From NCBI GenBank assembly GCA_950097015.1, contig CATNEN010000034.1, forward strand, positions 4,650,001-4,714,000: 64,000 bases of DNA. The letters are read 5' to 3'. Numbering within the stretch: position 1 is the stretch's first letter; every line of letters starts with the position of its first letter. A program made the translations under genes and the position numbers. The notes beneath the pieces are model-generated. The model searched no databases. It saw only the letters and a program-made list of their open reading frames with translations, and was not told the DNA's origin. Below are positions 35,190 through 46,620 of the stretch, piece after piece. The DNA is from Macrostomum hystrix (taxonomy: Eukaryota; Animalia; Platyhelminthes).

Positions 35190-36830
35190 AGAAGCGCTGT
35201 GCCTAGAATAATAGCAGAAACTGTGCCTAGAATAATAGCAGGAACTGTGCCAGGAGCTAGAGCTAGAATCGCAGCAAGAACTGTAGCTAGAATCGCAGCA
35301 GGAACTGTATCTAGAATCGCAGCAGGAACTGTATCTAGAATCGCAGCAGGAACTGTATCTAGAATCGCAGCAGGAACTGTATCTAGGATCGCAGCAGGAA
35401 CTGTATCTAGAATCGCAGCAGGAACTGTATCTAGGATCGCAGCAGGAACTGTATCTAGGATCGCAGCAGGAACTGTATCTAGGATCGCAGCAGGAACTGT
35501 AGCTAGAATCGCAGCAGGAACTGTATCTAGAATCGCAGCAGGAACTGTATCTAGAATCGCAGCAGGAACTGTATCTAGGATCGCAGCAGGAACTGTATCT
35601 AGAATCGCAGCAGGAACTGTAGCTAGAATCGCAGCAGGAACTGTAGCTAGAATCGCAGCAGGAACTGTAGCTAGAATCGCAGCAGGAACTGTAGCTAGGA
35701 TCGCAGCAGGAACTGTAGCTAGAATCGCAACAGGAACTGTATCTAGAATCGCAGCAGGAACTGTAGCTAGAATCGCAGCAAAAACTGTAGCTAGGATCGC
35801 AGCAGGAACTGTAGCTAGAATCGCAACAGGAACTGTATCTAGGATCGCAGCAGGAACTGTAGCTAGAATCGCAGCAAAAACTGTAGCTAGAATCGCAGCA
35901 GGAACTGTAGCTAGGATCGCAGCAGGAACTGTAGCTAGAATCGCAGCAGGAACTGTATCTAGGATCGCAGCAGGAACTGTAGCTAGAATCGCAGCAGGAA
36001 CTGTAGCTAGAATCGCAGCAGGAACTGTATCTAGAATCGCAGCAGGAACTGTATCTAGGATCGCAGCAGGAACTGTATCTAGGATCGCAGCAGGAACTGT
36101 ATCTAGGATCGCAGCAGGAACTGTATCTAGGATCGCAGCAGGAACTGTAGCTAGAATCGCAGCAGGAACTGTAGCTAGAATCGCAGCAGGAACTGTATCT
36201 AGAATCGCAGCAGGAACTGTATCTAGGATCGCAGCAGGAACTGTATCTAGGATCGCAGCAGGAACTGTATCTAGAATCGCAGCAGGAACTGTAGCTAGAA
36301 TCGCAGCAGGAACTGTAGCTAGAATCGCAGCAGGAACTGTAGCTAGAATCGCAGCAGGAACTGTATCTAGGATCGCAGCAGGAACTGTAGCTAGAATCGC
36401 AGCAGGAACTGTAGCTAGAATCGCAGCAAAAACTGTAGCTAGAATCGCAGCAAAAACTGTAGCTAGAATCGCAGCAAAAACTGTAGCTAGAATCGCAGCA
36501 AAAACTGTAGCTAGGATCGCAGCAGGAACTGTAGCTAGAATCGCAGCAGGAACTGTATCTAGGATCGCAGCAGGAACTGTAGCTAGAATCGCAGCAGGAA
36601 CTGTAGCTAGAATCGCAGCAAAAACTGTAGCTAGGATCGCAGCAGGAACTGTAGCTAGAATCGCAGTAAGAACTTGATTTAGAATCGCAGCAGGAACTGT
36701 ATCTAGGATCGCAGCAGGAACTAGAATCGCAGCAGGAACTGTATCTAGAATCGCAGCAGGAACTGTAGCCAGAATCGCAGCAGGGACTGTATCTAGAATC
36801 GCAGCAGGAACTGTAGCCAGAATCGCAGCG
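35190..36830. repeat. 24-bp minisatellite, about 68 copies
   Basis: Unit ctagaatcgcagcaggaactgta(g/t). Confidence 0.95.
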
Positions 36831-38405
36831 GGAACAAATAATTCAGAAGTGTTTCTGCAGAAGCACACTCCTGCACAAAGGGCGGTCGGTGCTTTAGCAA
36901 AGAACAAACAGAATTGCTGCGATGCAGTGGGCAAAAGAGGAAGTTGTGCGGGAGTCACTCAGTGCAGGCGGGAGTAAGGTGCCTTGATTAACAAGTCCGC
37001 TGCATTGCTGAGTCACGGACTAAGCTCGCATATCTGCAAGGAAATTAGTAACACAGAGGACAGGGAAGCTTTCAGTTTTTCCGTTTCTGCAAGCAAACTG
37101 TACTTTTGCATGTAATTTGTTAATTAGAATGGCACTGAAGCTACTCTAAATTCTAAAAAGATTTCCTGAGTTTTGTACTTATTAATAATTGATCAACCTG
37201 GTTTTTGAAACGACAGTTCGCGGTGTAATTTCAGTTTTATATACCGATTTTTTAGTGATGCTGAATGTTGACCAGAATGGGTTATGAGAGTCGTTAAAAT
37301 GTATTTTCCTTCCATCTTTCTTTCTCGAATGCATTATTACAGCTAGCTTTACTGAGACTTGGAGTTCCCTCTTCTAGACTGTAATTTTCTTCTTTCTTTA
37401 GCTTCAAGGCGGTGTAAGTATAGGGTTGGACTTGCTCTATCGATTTTTGCGGCACATCGCCTCCTCAGCCTTCTTAGCCGTCCGCCTCACTCCAAATGCC
37501 GTCTCCTTCCACCTTTCCGACTATAGTCCGAGTACTTTCAGGCCCACCCCATCACTCTCTCCCCTTCTATCCCCCTCTCTCTCTCGGATCCGTACACACA
37601 GACAGAAAGACAGAGTCGCTCTCTCATTTCCTGCAGTAGTTTGCATTGGCGCAGCGCACACTGCAACTGTAAAGAGGTCCTGAAATCTGGGGCTTTGCGC
37701 TAGTGAGGTGGGGCCCGCTTATGAATACAGAGAAGCTTCCTAACTATATAGGACAAACCAGCTTGCAATTTTGCTTTGTTGCGTATCCATTCTCCCTCAT
37801 CCCTTCGTTACTAGCCCACCTCAACAAATCGATTATCCTCCTCATCTAACTCTTAGGCTCTGTTTTCTAGCCTCTACCCTGCTCAATTCTCATAACCTGC
37901 GCCCACCAACCCCTCCTTCCGCTGTCACTCCTCCACCTCCGACAGACCTCTCTCTATCTCGCTGTCCCTGGCAACGCTAGACTCAAATAGAAAACCGCTA
38001 GCAACCCTCCGCTCTCCTCCTAAGGCCGGACAGGACCTCCTAAGGTCGCAAAGGGACCCGCTCTCTGTCTCCATCTCCGTTGTCCTGCTCTTCCTCCCCT
38101 GTCCTCCCCTCGCTGCTTTTCCCCCATCTGTTTTGCCTCACCTTTGCAGTTCTTGCTCGACTACCCTCTTGTCGGCTCCTCGCACAGTCGCAGCCGCTGC
38201 TCTGCATCCTCGACTCCCCTCGTATTTTATTCCCTGCGGTTGCAGCTGTCTGCGCAATTTCCCTACTCAGTCCCAACACCCCCTGAGCCCCGGCTGCGGC
38301 CTGCATTCGCCAGATCTCCCCGGCAGCAAAATTGATTGCTTAAAATGCATCTTCAGGCATCGGGGCAGTCGCAGCTCCTCGTCAGGGCTAGCCGCCTTTG
38401 GTGCT

Positions 38406-41400
38406 ATGGCCACACAGCAACAGCAGCCGCAGTCATCCTCGCACGTAGCCGCTGCCCTATCTGAGGCGGTCGCAGCCTCGGCTTCCGCCTCTTTCATGGC
38501 CGACGGGCGCGGCTCTAGCAGTGCCAGCGTTGCCGACGTCTCAACCGCCGCCGCGGCCGGTTCCGCTGCAGCATCCTCCGCTGGAGCTGCAACCTCTTCT
38601 TCGTCTTCTCACCAGTCGGCGCCGCCGCCGCCGCCTCCGCCGCCTCAGGCGCCGCGCAGCTTCCGTTTCGGCTCGGCGGACGCCATGCTGCTCCACTGCG
38701 GCCTAGCCGACGGCACACCCGAGGAGCTGCAACGCCTCGAACAGCTGCTGGAGTCTAACGCCTTCCTTGGCGCCCACATGCACCAGCTGGTGGCGACCCG
38801 CCTCTCCACCGGGGCCGCCCAGCGCGCCCAGCACCTGCTGCAGACCCTCCAGGCCGCTAATTCCGATCCTGAGGCTACGCTGCGCTGCCTGCACGACCTT
38901 CACCAGCTGCTGCTCATGGGCAACGAGGAGTCTCTAGCCGGATTCCCCGCCAAGGCCGCTGTGCCGCTCATCGCCCAGTGCCTGCATTCGCCCTGCGTCC
39001 AGACCAGCTTCTTGGCCTGCCAGTGTTTGAACTGCCTGCTTGACAGGCTGCCCCGCAGCGCATCCTGTGCCCTGGACGCCCTGCCAGCGCTGCTAGAAAA
39101 GTCCCAGCCGTTAGAGGTCATCGACGTAGCCGAAGCTGCCCTATCGGCGGTGGAACTTCTGTCCCGTCGTCACGGACGAGCTGTCCTTCAAGCTGGCGGC
39201 GTCTCCGCCTGCCTTTACCACATCGACTTCTTCACCGCCGACATGCAGGCTCGCTCTCTAGCCGTAGTGGCCAACTGCTTCCAACACGTCCGCCCAGAGG
39301 ACTTCCACTTTGTGGCCGACTGTCTAGCTCCGCTGGCTGAACGGCTTCGCCAGCCCGACCAGAGGGTGGCCGAACGGGTCGCCACCTGCTTCTGCCGCCT
39401 GCTAGAGAGCTGCCAGTCTGACCGCGGACTCTTGATGCGCGTGGCTAGCCAGGGCGCCCTGCTGGCCAACCTGCAGCAGCTGCTGGTGGCTGGCAGTCCC
39501 TGTGCCTTCCACACCGCCCTGCGCGCTCTCCGCACCGCCAGCGCTGCCTGCCCGGAGCTGGCCGTTCAACTGCTGCGCGACGGCCTGGCCGACACCCTGC
39601 GTTACCTGCTGGCGCCCGCCGCCTCGGCCCGCTCCGCCTCTTCAGGTGACACCCTGGAGATTGTCCGACTGGTCTGTGAACTTCTGCCTCCGCTGCCTAG
39701 CCCTGGCTCTGCGTCTGCTGCTGCCGCCGCCGCCGCTGCTGCTGCGACATCTGCCAACGCCGAAGCGGTTGCACTAGGCGGCTTTGCTGTCTGCCCAACC
39801 GGCCCCACAGCCCAGTGGATGTGGCAGGATGACAAAGGCGGCTGGCGGGCCTACTCACCGGACACTAGCCAGGCTATTGAGCAGGTCTACCAGTCTGGGG
39901 ATCAGTCGGAGGTTCCCATAGTGGCGGCCGGTCGGACCTACCTTGTTGATTTGGCTCGCGGTGAACAGGTGAGTATTGGAGCCAGGTATATTTTCCACGT
40001 TTTTTTTCTTTGGTTCAGGCAAGCCCTATTATTTATTGATGGTTCCAATTAATATTATAATTCAGGTGAACGAAGAGACTGGGAATGCTCGAACAGTGCA
40101 GCGACGTCTGCTAGACTCTCCGACCTCTTCGCCGGCATCTGGCACCAGCGCCAACGCTGCCATCATCTCTAGTGGCGCCACATCGGCAGCCGCCGCCGCC
40201 TCCTCGGCTGCGGCCGGACGCGACGCTCGCGCTGAGCTAATTGCTGAGGCCGGCGAACTGGCGGCCCGCCTTGTTGAAACCCTGCTGCCGGCCCTGCTTG
40301 ACGCCTTCGCCGACTCAAGCAGCCAGTCGGTTCGCCTGGCCTGCCTGCAGGCTGTGCTCCGCCTACTCTGCCACTGCGAGCCGGCCCTCCTGCGGCCGGC
40401 AGTCAGTCCGCACAGTTTGGCCGGCTGCCTGGCCGGGATGCTGGCCGCCCAGGATCTGCGCGTTGTGGCCGGTGCCGTCCAGCTGGCTGGCCTGCTGCTC
40501 GCCCGCCTGCCCGACCAGCTCACCGTCAGCTTCCGTCGGCAGGGTGTGGTGCACTCGCTGGAGCGAATAGCCAACGGCTCGCATCCGCTCTTTCAGCAGC
40601 AGCAGCAGTCCACTGTTTCATCATCCACCATCGGCTCCTCCGCTGCCCACGCAGCCGCGCACCCGTCGTCCTCTAGCGGCGGCTCGGCCACCGCGCCTAC
40701 AACGCCGACAACTCCAACTACACCCACCACACCAGAGCCTGCCACCGCCGCCGCCACCGCTCGCCTGACAGACTTCCTGCGGCGTCGGAAGACCGCTGCT
40801 GCTGCTGCTGCTGCTGCTTCATCCAGCTCCGCCATGTCGAATCAGGCGGAGGAATCCACCGCGGCCAACAGCGGCCGGGTGACTCGCAGCGGTCGCAGCG
40901 ACGCCAGCGGCTCCACTCGCGCCAAATCCGGTCGGCTGGCTGCTCGGGCGCACAGCCTGTTCAGCCATCTGGCGCCGTGGGCTCAGCGGCCGCCGCCGCC
41001 GCCTCCAGCGCGTCCTTCAGCCGCCGAACAGGCCCAGGCGCAGGCGCAGGCCGCTGCCAGAGCAGGAGATCGAGTGCGCGCATGGGCCAGTGAGCAGGCC
41101 GCCCGACTGTGCCGGACTCACTTTGCCTCTCCGCTGCCCTCGGATCCGGTGGCCGCGGTGGCCAGACTGGGTCAGCTGGCCCAGCGTCTCCCCGACTCCC
41201 TGGCCGAGGTGGCCAACCTGCTTGGCCAGGCCGATCTCAGCGCCTTCGAACTGCTGCACTGCGGCCTCCTGCCGGCCCTGCACGCCTGCCTCTGTCCCCG
41301 CCCGCCGGCCTGTCCGGACCGGCCGCTGCGCGCATTCGCTGCCGCATTCCTTCGCCTGCCAGACTTTCCGCTCAGGTCCGCAATGCCTGCGTCGGCATCC

Positions 41401-42395
41401 GGCTCGCTGTCGCGCCTTGTATCCCAGCTGCTGGCCTGCCTGCACCAGACTGAGGCCTTCAGCGTGCGCGTGGCCGACGCCCGCGGTGGCGGCTCCCTGC
41501 TGAGCCAGCTGGGCTCGCATCAGCTCCGCTGCCTGCTAGTCCGCCACCCCAGCGCGCCTCCGCCACAGGATCCGCACTCGGAGCCGGCTGGTCCCGTCAA
41601 GGTGGGTGGCAGATTTTTGTACTATTTTACTGGACAGTTACCTCATTGTAGAAGCAATAAACTGCACTGGTATGCTTTTGATTTGACATTTAAAAGACAC
41701 GCTATTTTTCCCCCCGGGGCATTTCAAATACCCACTGCCTACTTCACGACAGCTTCAAACCGAATGACCGATTTTCGTGAAGGTCCACCATATACATCAA
41801 AATTTCCCGACGATCTCGACGATGCCAATGTTTTGTGATTGTGGAAGTTGTTTTATCGGATAGAGAAAAGTTTTGCCTGTGTCCTGAATTTTTATTGCGG
41901 GAGTCTGTCTACTACCGCCGTTTACCTATTGACCGTTTACCTAGCAATCTGGCCCTGTTAGTCTTATAGTATTTATAATTATAATCCAATTTGCCCCGAA
42001 CGCCGCAGGTTGATCCGCTCGCCCTAGTGCACACAGTTGAGCGCTATCTGGCCGAACGTATCGGCGACGTCGAAGACGCCGACCGTGGCGGCGACGGCGA
42101 AAGCTCCGACACGGAGCCGGACGAATCGGCTGACTCAGTTGAACCGGCTGCGGCTGCCGCTGCTGCAGCCGCTGCTGCCGCCGCATCCGCGGCCCGTCAT
42201 CGCCGCCGCCGACGCCTCCAGCTGCTGATTGGCGACGCCGTGTTGCAGTCAAGCATGACCGTCCTGCAGGCCGTCCGGCTGCACAGCGCCGGCTGCAGCT
42301 CAGATGATAGCGACCCAATGTCCGGCCTCGCTACTGTGTGGGCCCGCACCCATACTATTTATTATCGACCTATGCCTGTTGCATACTCTAGCGGA

Positions 42396-42430
<35 letters not shown>

Positions 42431-45400
42431 CAATCAGCAGCATCGCAGGGCTCGAGCTGCAACTGAGGGCTCTTCGCCAGCTTCACATGTCGGCTTCTCT
42501 GCCAGAACTAGTGCGGTTTCGCCGCTGCGCCAGTATCAGGATCAGCAGCTCCTAATTGGCATAACCGGCCTTACCGATCAGTGCCGCTCCGTGCTGTCTC
42601 TGCTGTCTGTGCTGTTCGGCCTCAACCAGCACTATCCCGCACTGTACAGTGCCGCCTATTGCGAAGCGGAGCCGCTACTGCCGCCTGTTGACTTTGTTAG
42701 CGCTAAACTGACCGCCAAAGTGATTCGTCAGCTCCAAGACCCGCTGGCTGTGCTCACTGGACAGGTTAGTAATCTTAATTAATAGCATAGCATGACCCTG
42801 AGCACACCCTAACTTTCTCATTGTCAGGCAGTGTATACACCCTCACTGTGCTCTTAATATAAAATTGGAAGGTGACAGGTACTCAAGGTCAATATATTCT
42901 CAATTCTCAGGTGCCCTCATGGGTTGGCCAGCTGGCGGCCGCCTGTCCCTTCCTGCTGGGCTTCGAGGCTCGCCACCTGCTGCTCTACGTGCTGCATTTT
43001 GATCGCGACCGGGCCCTACTGCGCCTTCAGGAGCTGAGCGGCGATGCGGCCGCCGGTCAGGATGCTGCGGCAGCTGCGGCCGGGGCTGCCGGCGCCGACT
43101 CTAGCCGGTCAGGCCGCGTTGCGCCCAAAGTTGAGAAGCGCCGCCGAGTTGTCAGCAGGCGCGATATGCTGCGCTCGGCTGAACGGGTCCTCGATGAGAT
43201 GGGCAACTCGCGCGCCCTGCTAGAGATCAGCTACGAGGGCGAGGTTGGCACCGGCCTGGGCCCAACTCTAGAATTCTACTCGCTAGTTAGCCGCGAGTTC
43301 AGCCGAGCGGATCTGGGTCTGTGGCGCTCTGGTCACGAACAGCCGGACGGCCTGCTTAGCTCGCCCTGCGGACTCTACCCGCGTCCGCTGCCCCGCAACG
43401 GTCACGGCCTGCAGCGCATCCGGCAGCGCTTCCGCACCCTTGGCCGATTCATGGCCAAATCTGTGCTGGACTCGCGCAAGCTCGACCTGGCACTGTCGCC
43501 AGTGTTCTACCAGTGGCTGCTGGGCCAGGAGAGTCAGCTGGGCTACAGACAGCTGGCGTTGGTGAGCCGCATTCTGCTCTTCGATTCGCCTCCAGCCAAC
43601 ACCTACTCACCCGATCTCAGTCTCACAGTCTCATCTCCCGTGTCTCATCTTTCCCGTGTCTCATCTTTCCCGTGTCTCATCTCTCCCCTGTCTCATCTCC
43701 CGTGTCTCATCTCTCCCGTATCTTATCTCCTTTATCTCATCTCTCTCGTGTCTCATCTCTCCTCTGTCTCATCCCTTCGGTGTCTCATCTCTCTCGTGTC
43801 TTATCTCTCCCCTGTCTCATCTCTCTCGTGTCTCATCTCTCCCCTGTCTCATCTCTCCCGTGTCCCAGCCTTATCTCCCCCACTCTCATGTTTGCATCTG
43901 ATCTGATCTCATGTCTCTCGTCTCCCTAATGCCTCCAGGTGGACCCAGATCTGGCGCGCACATGGCGACAGCTGGCACAGTTAGCTCTGCGCCGTCGGCA
44001 AATCCTGGAGGACTCGTCTCACACCCCAACCTCCAGAGAGCTGGCAATTGGCGCGCTGAACAATCTTGACGGCTGTCCGGTTGAGGAGCTCGGCCTGGAT
44101 TTCACTCTCCCCGGCTACCCGGATCTCGAGCTCAGCCGAGGCGGTCGGGACACCGTGGTCACGCTGGACCGTCTAGACGAGTACCTGGAACTCGTGGCTT
44201 ACTGGACCCTTGTTGAAGGTGTTCGCCGGCAGATGGAAGCCTTCATAGAGGGTTTCGAGTCTGTGCTGCCGGCCTCCAATTTGCGCCTATTCAGACCGGA
44301 CGAGCTCGAGCTGGTGTTCTGCGGCGCACCTGCCGGCTCCGACGCCTGGGACGCCGCGACTCTGTCGGAGGCCTGCCGACCGGATCACGGCTTCACGCTG
44401 GAGAGTCGGGCAATTCGACTGCTGTTCCAGCTGATGTCCGGATTTGACCTGGCTCAGAGGCGCAGCTTTCTGCAGTTTGTCACCGGCTCGCCAAGGCTGC
44501 CAGTTGGCGGTGAGTCATACATGAGCATGAGCTCATGATCGGGGAATTAAGTGCCTGGCTCTAGGATCTGATCTCTCCCGTTGATTCGGAGAACAGTAGC
44601 ATTGGCAGGAGGCTGTGAACACTTTCGACCTGCAGCCAGCGTGTGGTGGCAATTCTGCCCATTCCGCTGACTCCTGAGCACACACGCTCGCACAGGTGTG
44701 TACATCTGACCAGACTTCATCATCGTCAGGCAGTGTACACTCTCACTTTATCCCTCAAAGCTTTTTCACTCCTGGGCATAAATTGCATGACAAGCTCAAA
44801 TGAATTTGGCCTAGCCAAGGATTTGGGGGGGAGGGTGAGTGGCAGAGCTGTTAACGCTTGAGGTCCCTGAGCTCGATTTCGCGGCGAGGCCACATTCATT
44901 TCGAGAGCAGTCGCGGAGAGAAGGCTTGGGGGCTTGTCATGCAATTTACACCGTTAAGGCCCAATCTCCAAGGCACAGTGAGAGTGTACACTGTCTGGTG
45001 ATGAGAAAGTCAGGGCAGATGTACACACATGTGTGAGCGTATGCTTGCGTACGGTATCTGTGAGTGTGTGTGCTCAGCGAAATGGGCAGAATTGCCTCCT
45101 CGCTGGCTGCGGGTCTAGTGTCACCAAATGATGTGCCACTGCCCGCTATTTTTGCCATTTTTTATTTGCCGCGGATTCGAGCCCAGGTCTTTAGTCCGAG
45201 AGACTGAGGCGTTTCAACTCCGCCATCCGCCCCCACCATAAAATTGAGTGCGAAATAAAATATTTGCAAGCGAATTCTCAGCCGAACCCACCTCCTGCAC
45301 AGGCTGGCGCGCCCTCCATCCGCCTCTAACTGTCGTAGTGAAACGCTTCGAAGGCGATGACAATCCGGACAAGTACCTGCCGTCCGCCACCACCTGTGTG

Positions 45401-45499
45401 AACTATTTGAAACTGCCCGACTACTCTAGCGCCGAGGTGATGCAAGCCAAGCTGCAGCAGGCTATGGACGAGGGCCAATTAGCTTTTCACCTTAGTTGA
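38406..45499 (+). CDS. TRIP12: E3 ubiquitin ligase TRIP12/ctrip (ARM repeats, WWE, HECT), 1757 aa from ATG 38406; exons 38357/38406-39968, 40066-41601, 42009-42764, 42911-43561, 43939-44509, 45303-45499
   Basis: [14 protein letters not shown]; WWE domain ([38 protein letters not shown]); [14 protein letters not shown]; [26 protein letters not shown]; [15 protein letters not shown]; C-terminus [27 protein letters not shown] with the catalytic Cys. All junctions are in frame. Confidence 0.94.
42805..42850 (-). mobile_element. Short fragment of the same SINE
   Basis: actttctcattgtcaggcagtgtatacaccctcactgtgc resembles the reverse complement of SINE positions about 10365-10400. Confidence 0.5.
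43620..43925. repeat. About 17-bp CT-rich minisatellite filling a TRIP12 intron
   Basis: Unit tgtctcatctctccc(c/g); the same family occurs inverted inside the hAT MITE (about 16470-16560). Confidence 0.9.
44615..44820 (-). mobile_element. Inverted partial copy of the same SINE body
   Basis: ggcaattctgcccatt..gtgtacatctg..cagtgtacactctcact..aaattgcatgacaagc is the reverse complement of the SINE body. Confidence 0.8.
44830..45150 (+). mobile_element. Second copy of the same SINE (head partly deleted), in the last TRIP12 intron
   Basis: gaggtccctgagctcgatttcgcggcgaggccacatt..gagaaggcttgggggcttgtc..gtgagagtgtacactg..gaaatgggcagaa..gctggctgcgggtctagtgtcac aligns collinearly with 10240-10530. Confidence 0.85.
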
Positions 45500-45611
45500 G
45501 CCTGCTAATGTATTTGTCGAAGTCGGTTCTGTATCTGTAAACAATCTGGTATTTACCGATGCACCTTTAGAACTAATTCTAACTGCTAATTGATTTGATT
45601 GTTCCTTAATT

Positions 45612-45617
45612 AATAAA
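45612..45617 (+). terminator. Candidate poly(A) signal for TRIP12
   Basis: AATAAA about 110 nt after the stop codon, followed by T/GT-rich sequence. Confidence 0.5.
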
Positions 45618-45949
45618 CAGTTGTATGTACAAATATTATACGCATTGTGATGGCTGCTCCTAGATTTTATGTGGCTCCTTGTGTATTTCGATTCTGCTCT
45701 GGTCTTCGCTTATTCCTTAATTTTCTTAATTTCCTTAATCTCAAAATTGATCGCGGCTCTCTAACACAAAACAAATTGTCTTTCCTTTCTGCTGTTGTGT
45801 CATTTCGGTGCGAAATCTACTTAATTTGCATATTAATAATCTATGGATCAATCTATTGCCAACTTCTAATATGTAAAAACTCACTACTGTAAGTACTAGA
45901 GAGGCACCTCTTGAATTGCTAGATCGGGTGGCACTCGCTATTATGTTTT

Positions 45950-46620
45950 ATGTCTCATACCTGTTCCTTCTTAACTCATACCTGTTCTTTCTTAACTCAT
46001 ACCTGTTCTTTCTTAACTCGTAACTGTTCTTTCTTAACTCGTAACTGTTCTTTCTTAACTCGTAACTGTTCTTTCTTAACTCATAACTGTTCCTTCTTAA
46101 CTCATAGCTGTTCTTTCTTAACTCGTAACTGTTCTTTCTTAACTCATACCTGTTCTTTCTTAACTCATAGCTGTTCTTTCTTAACTCGTAACTGTTCTTT
46201 CTTAACTCATAACTGTTCCTTCTTAACTCATAGCTGTTCTTTCTTAACTCGTAACTGGTTCCTTCTTAACTCATACCTGTTCCTTCTTAACTCATAGCTG
46301 TTCTTTCTTAACTCGTAACTGTTCTTTCTTAACTCGTAACTGTTCTTTCTTAACTCATAACTGTTCCTTCTTAACTCATAGCTGTTCTTTCTTAACTCGT
46401 AACTGGTTCCTTCTTAACTCATACCTGTTCGTCCCTCACTCATACCTGTTCGTCCCTCACTCATACCTGTTCGTCCCTCACTCATACCTGTTCCTTCTTA
46501 ACTCATGCCTGTTCGTCCCTCACTCATACCTGTTCCTTCTTAACTCATGCCTGTTCATCCCTCACTCATACCTGTTCCTTCTTAACTCATGCCTGTTCGT
46601 CCCTCACTCATACCTGTTCC
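45950..46620. repeat. 21-bp minisatellite downstream of TRIP12
   Basis: cttaactc(g/a)taactgttcttt grading to ctcactcatacctgttcgtcc. Confidence 0.93.

Noticed and set aside
35156-36958. 600-aa (minus) and 499-aa (plus) ORFs
   Set aside because: Pure 24-bp repeat with non-ATG starts, no splice context and no unique domain.
38133-38356. N-terminal extension of the 639-aa ORF from 38133
   Set aside because: Pyrimidine-rich, intron-like sequence before a clear ttcag acceptor at 38356; treated as intron or outron.
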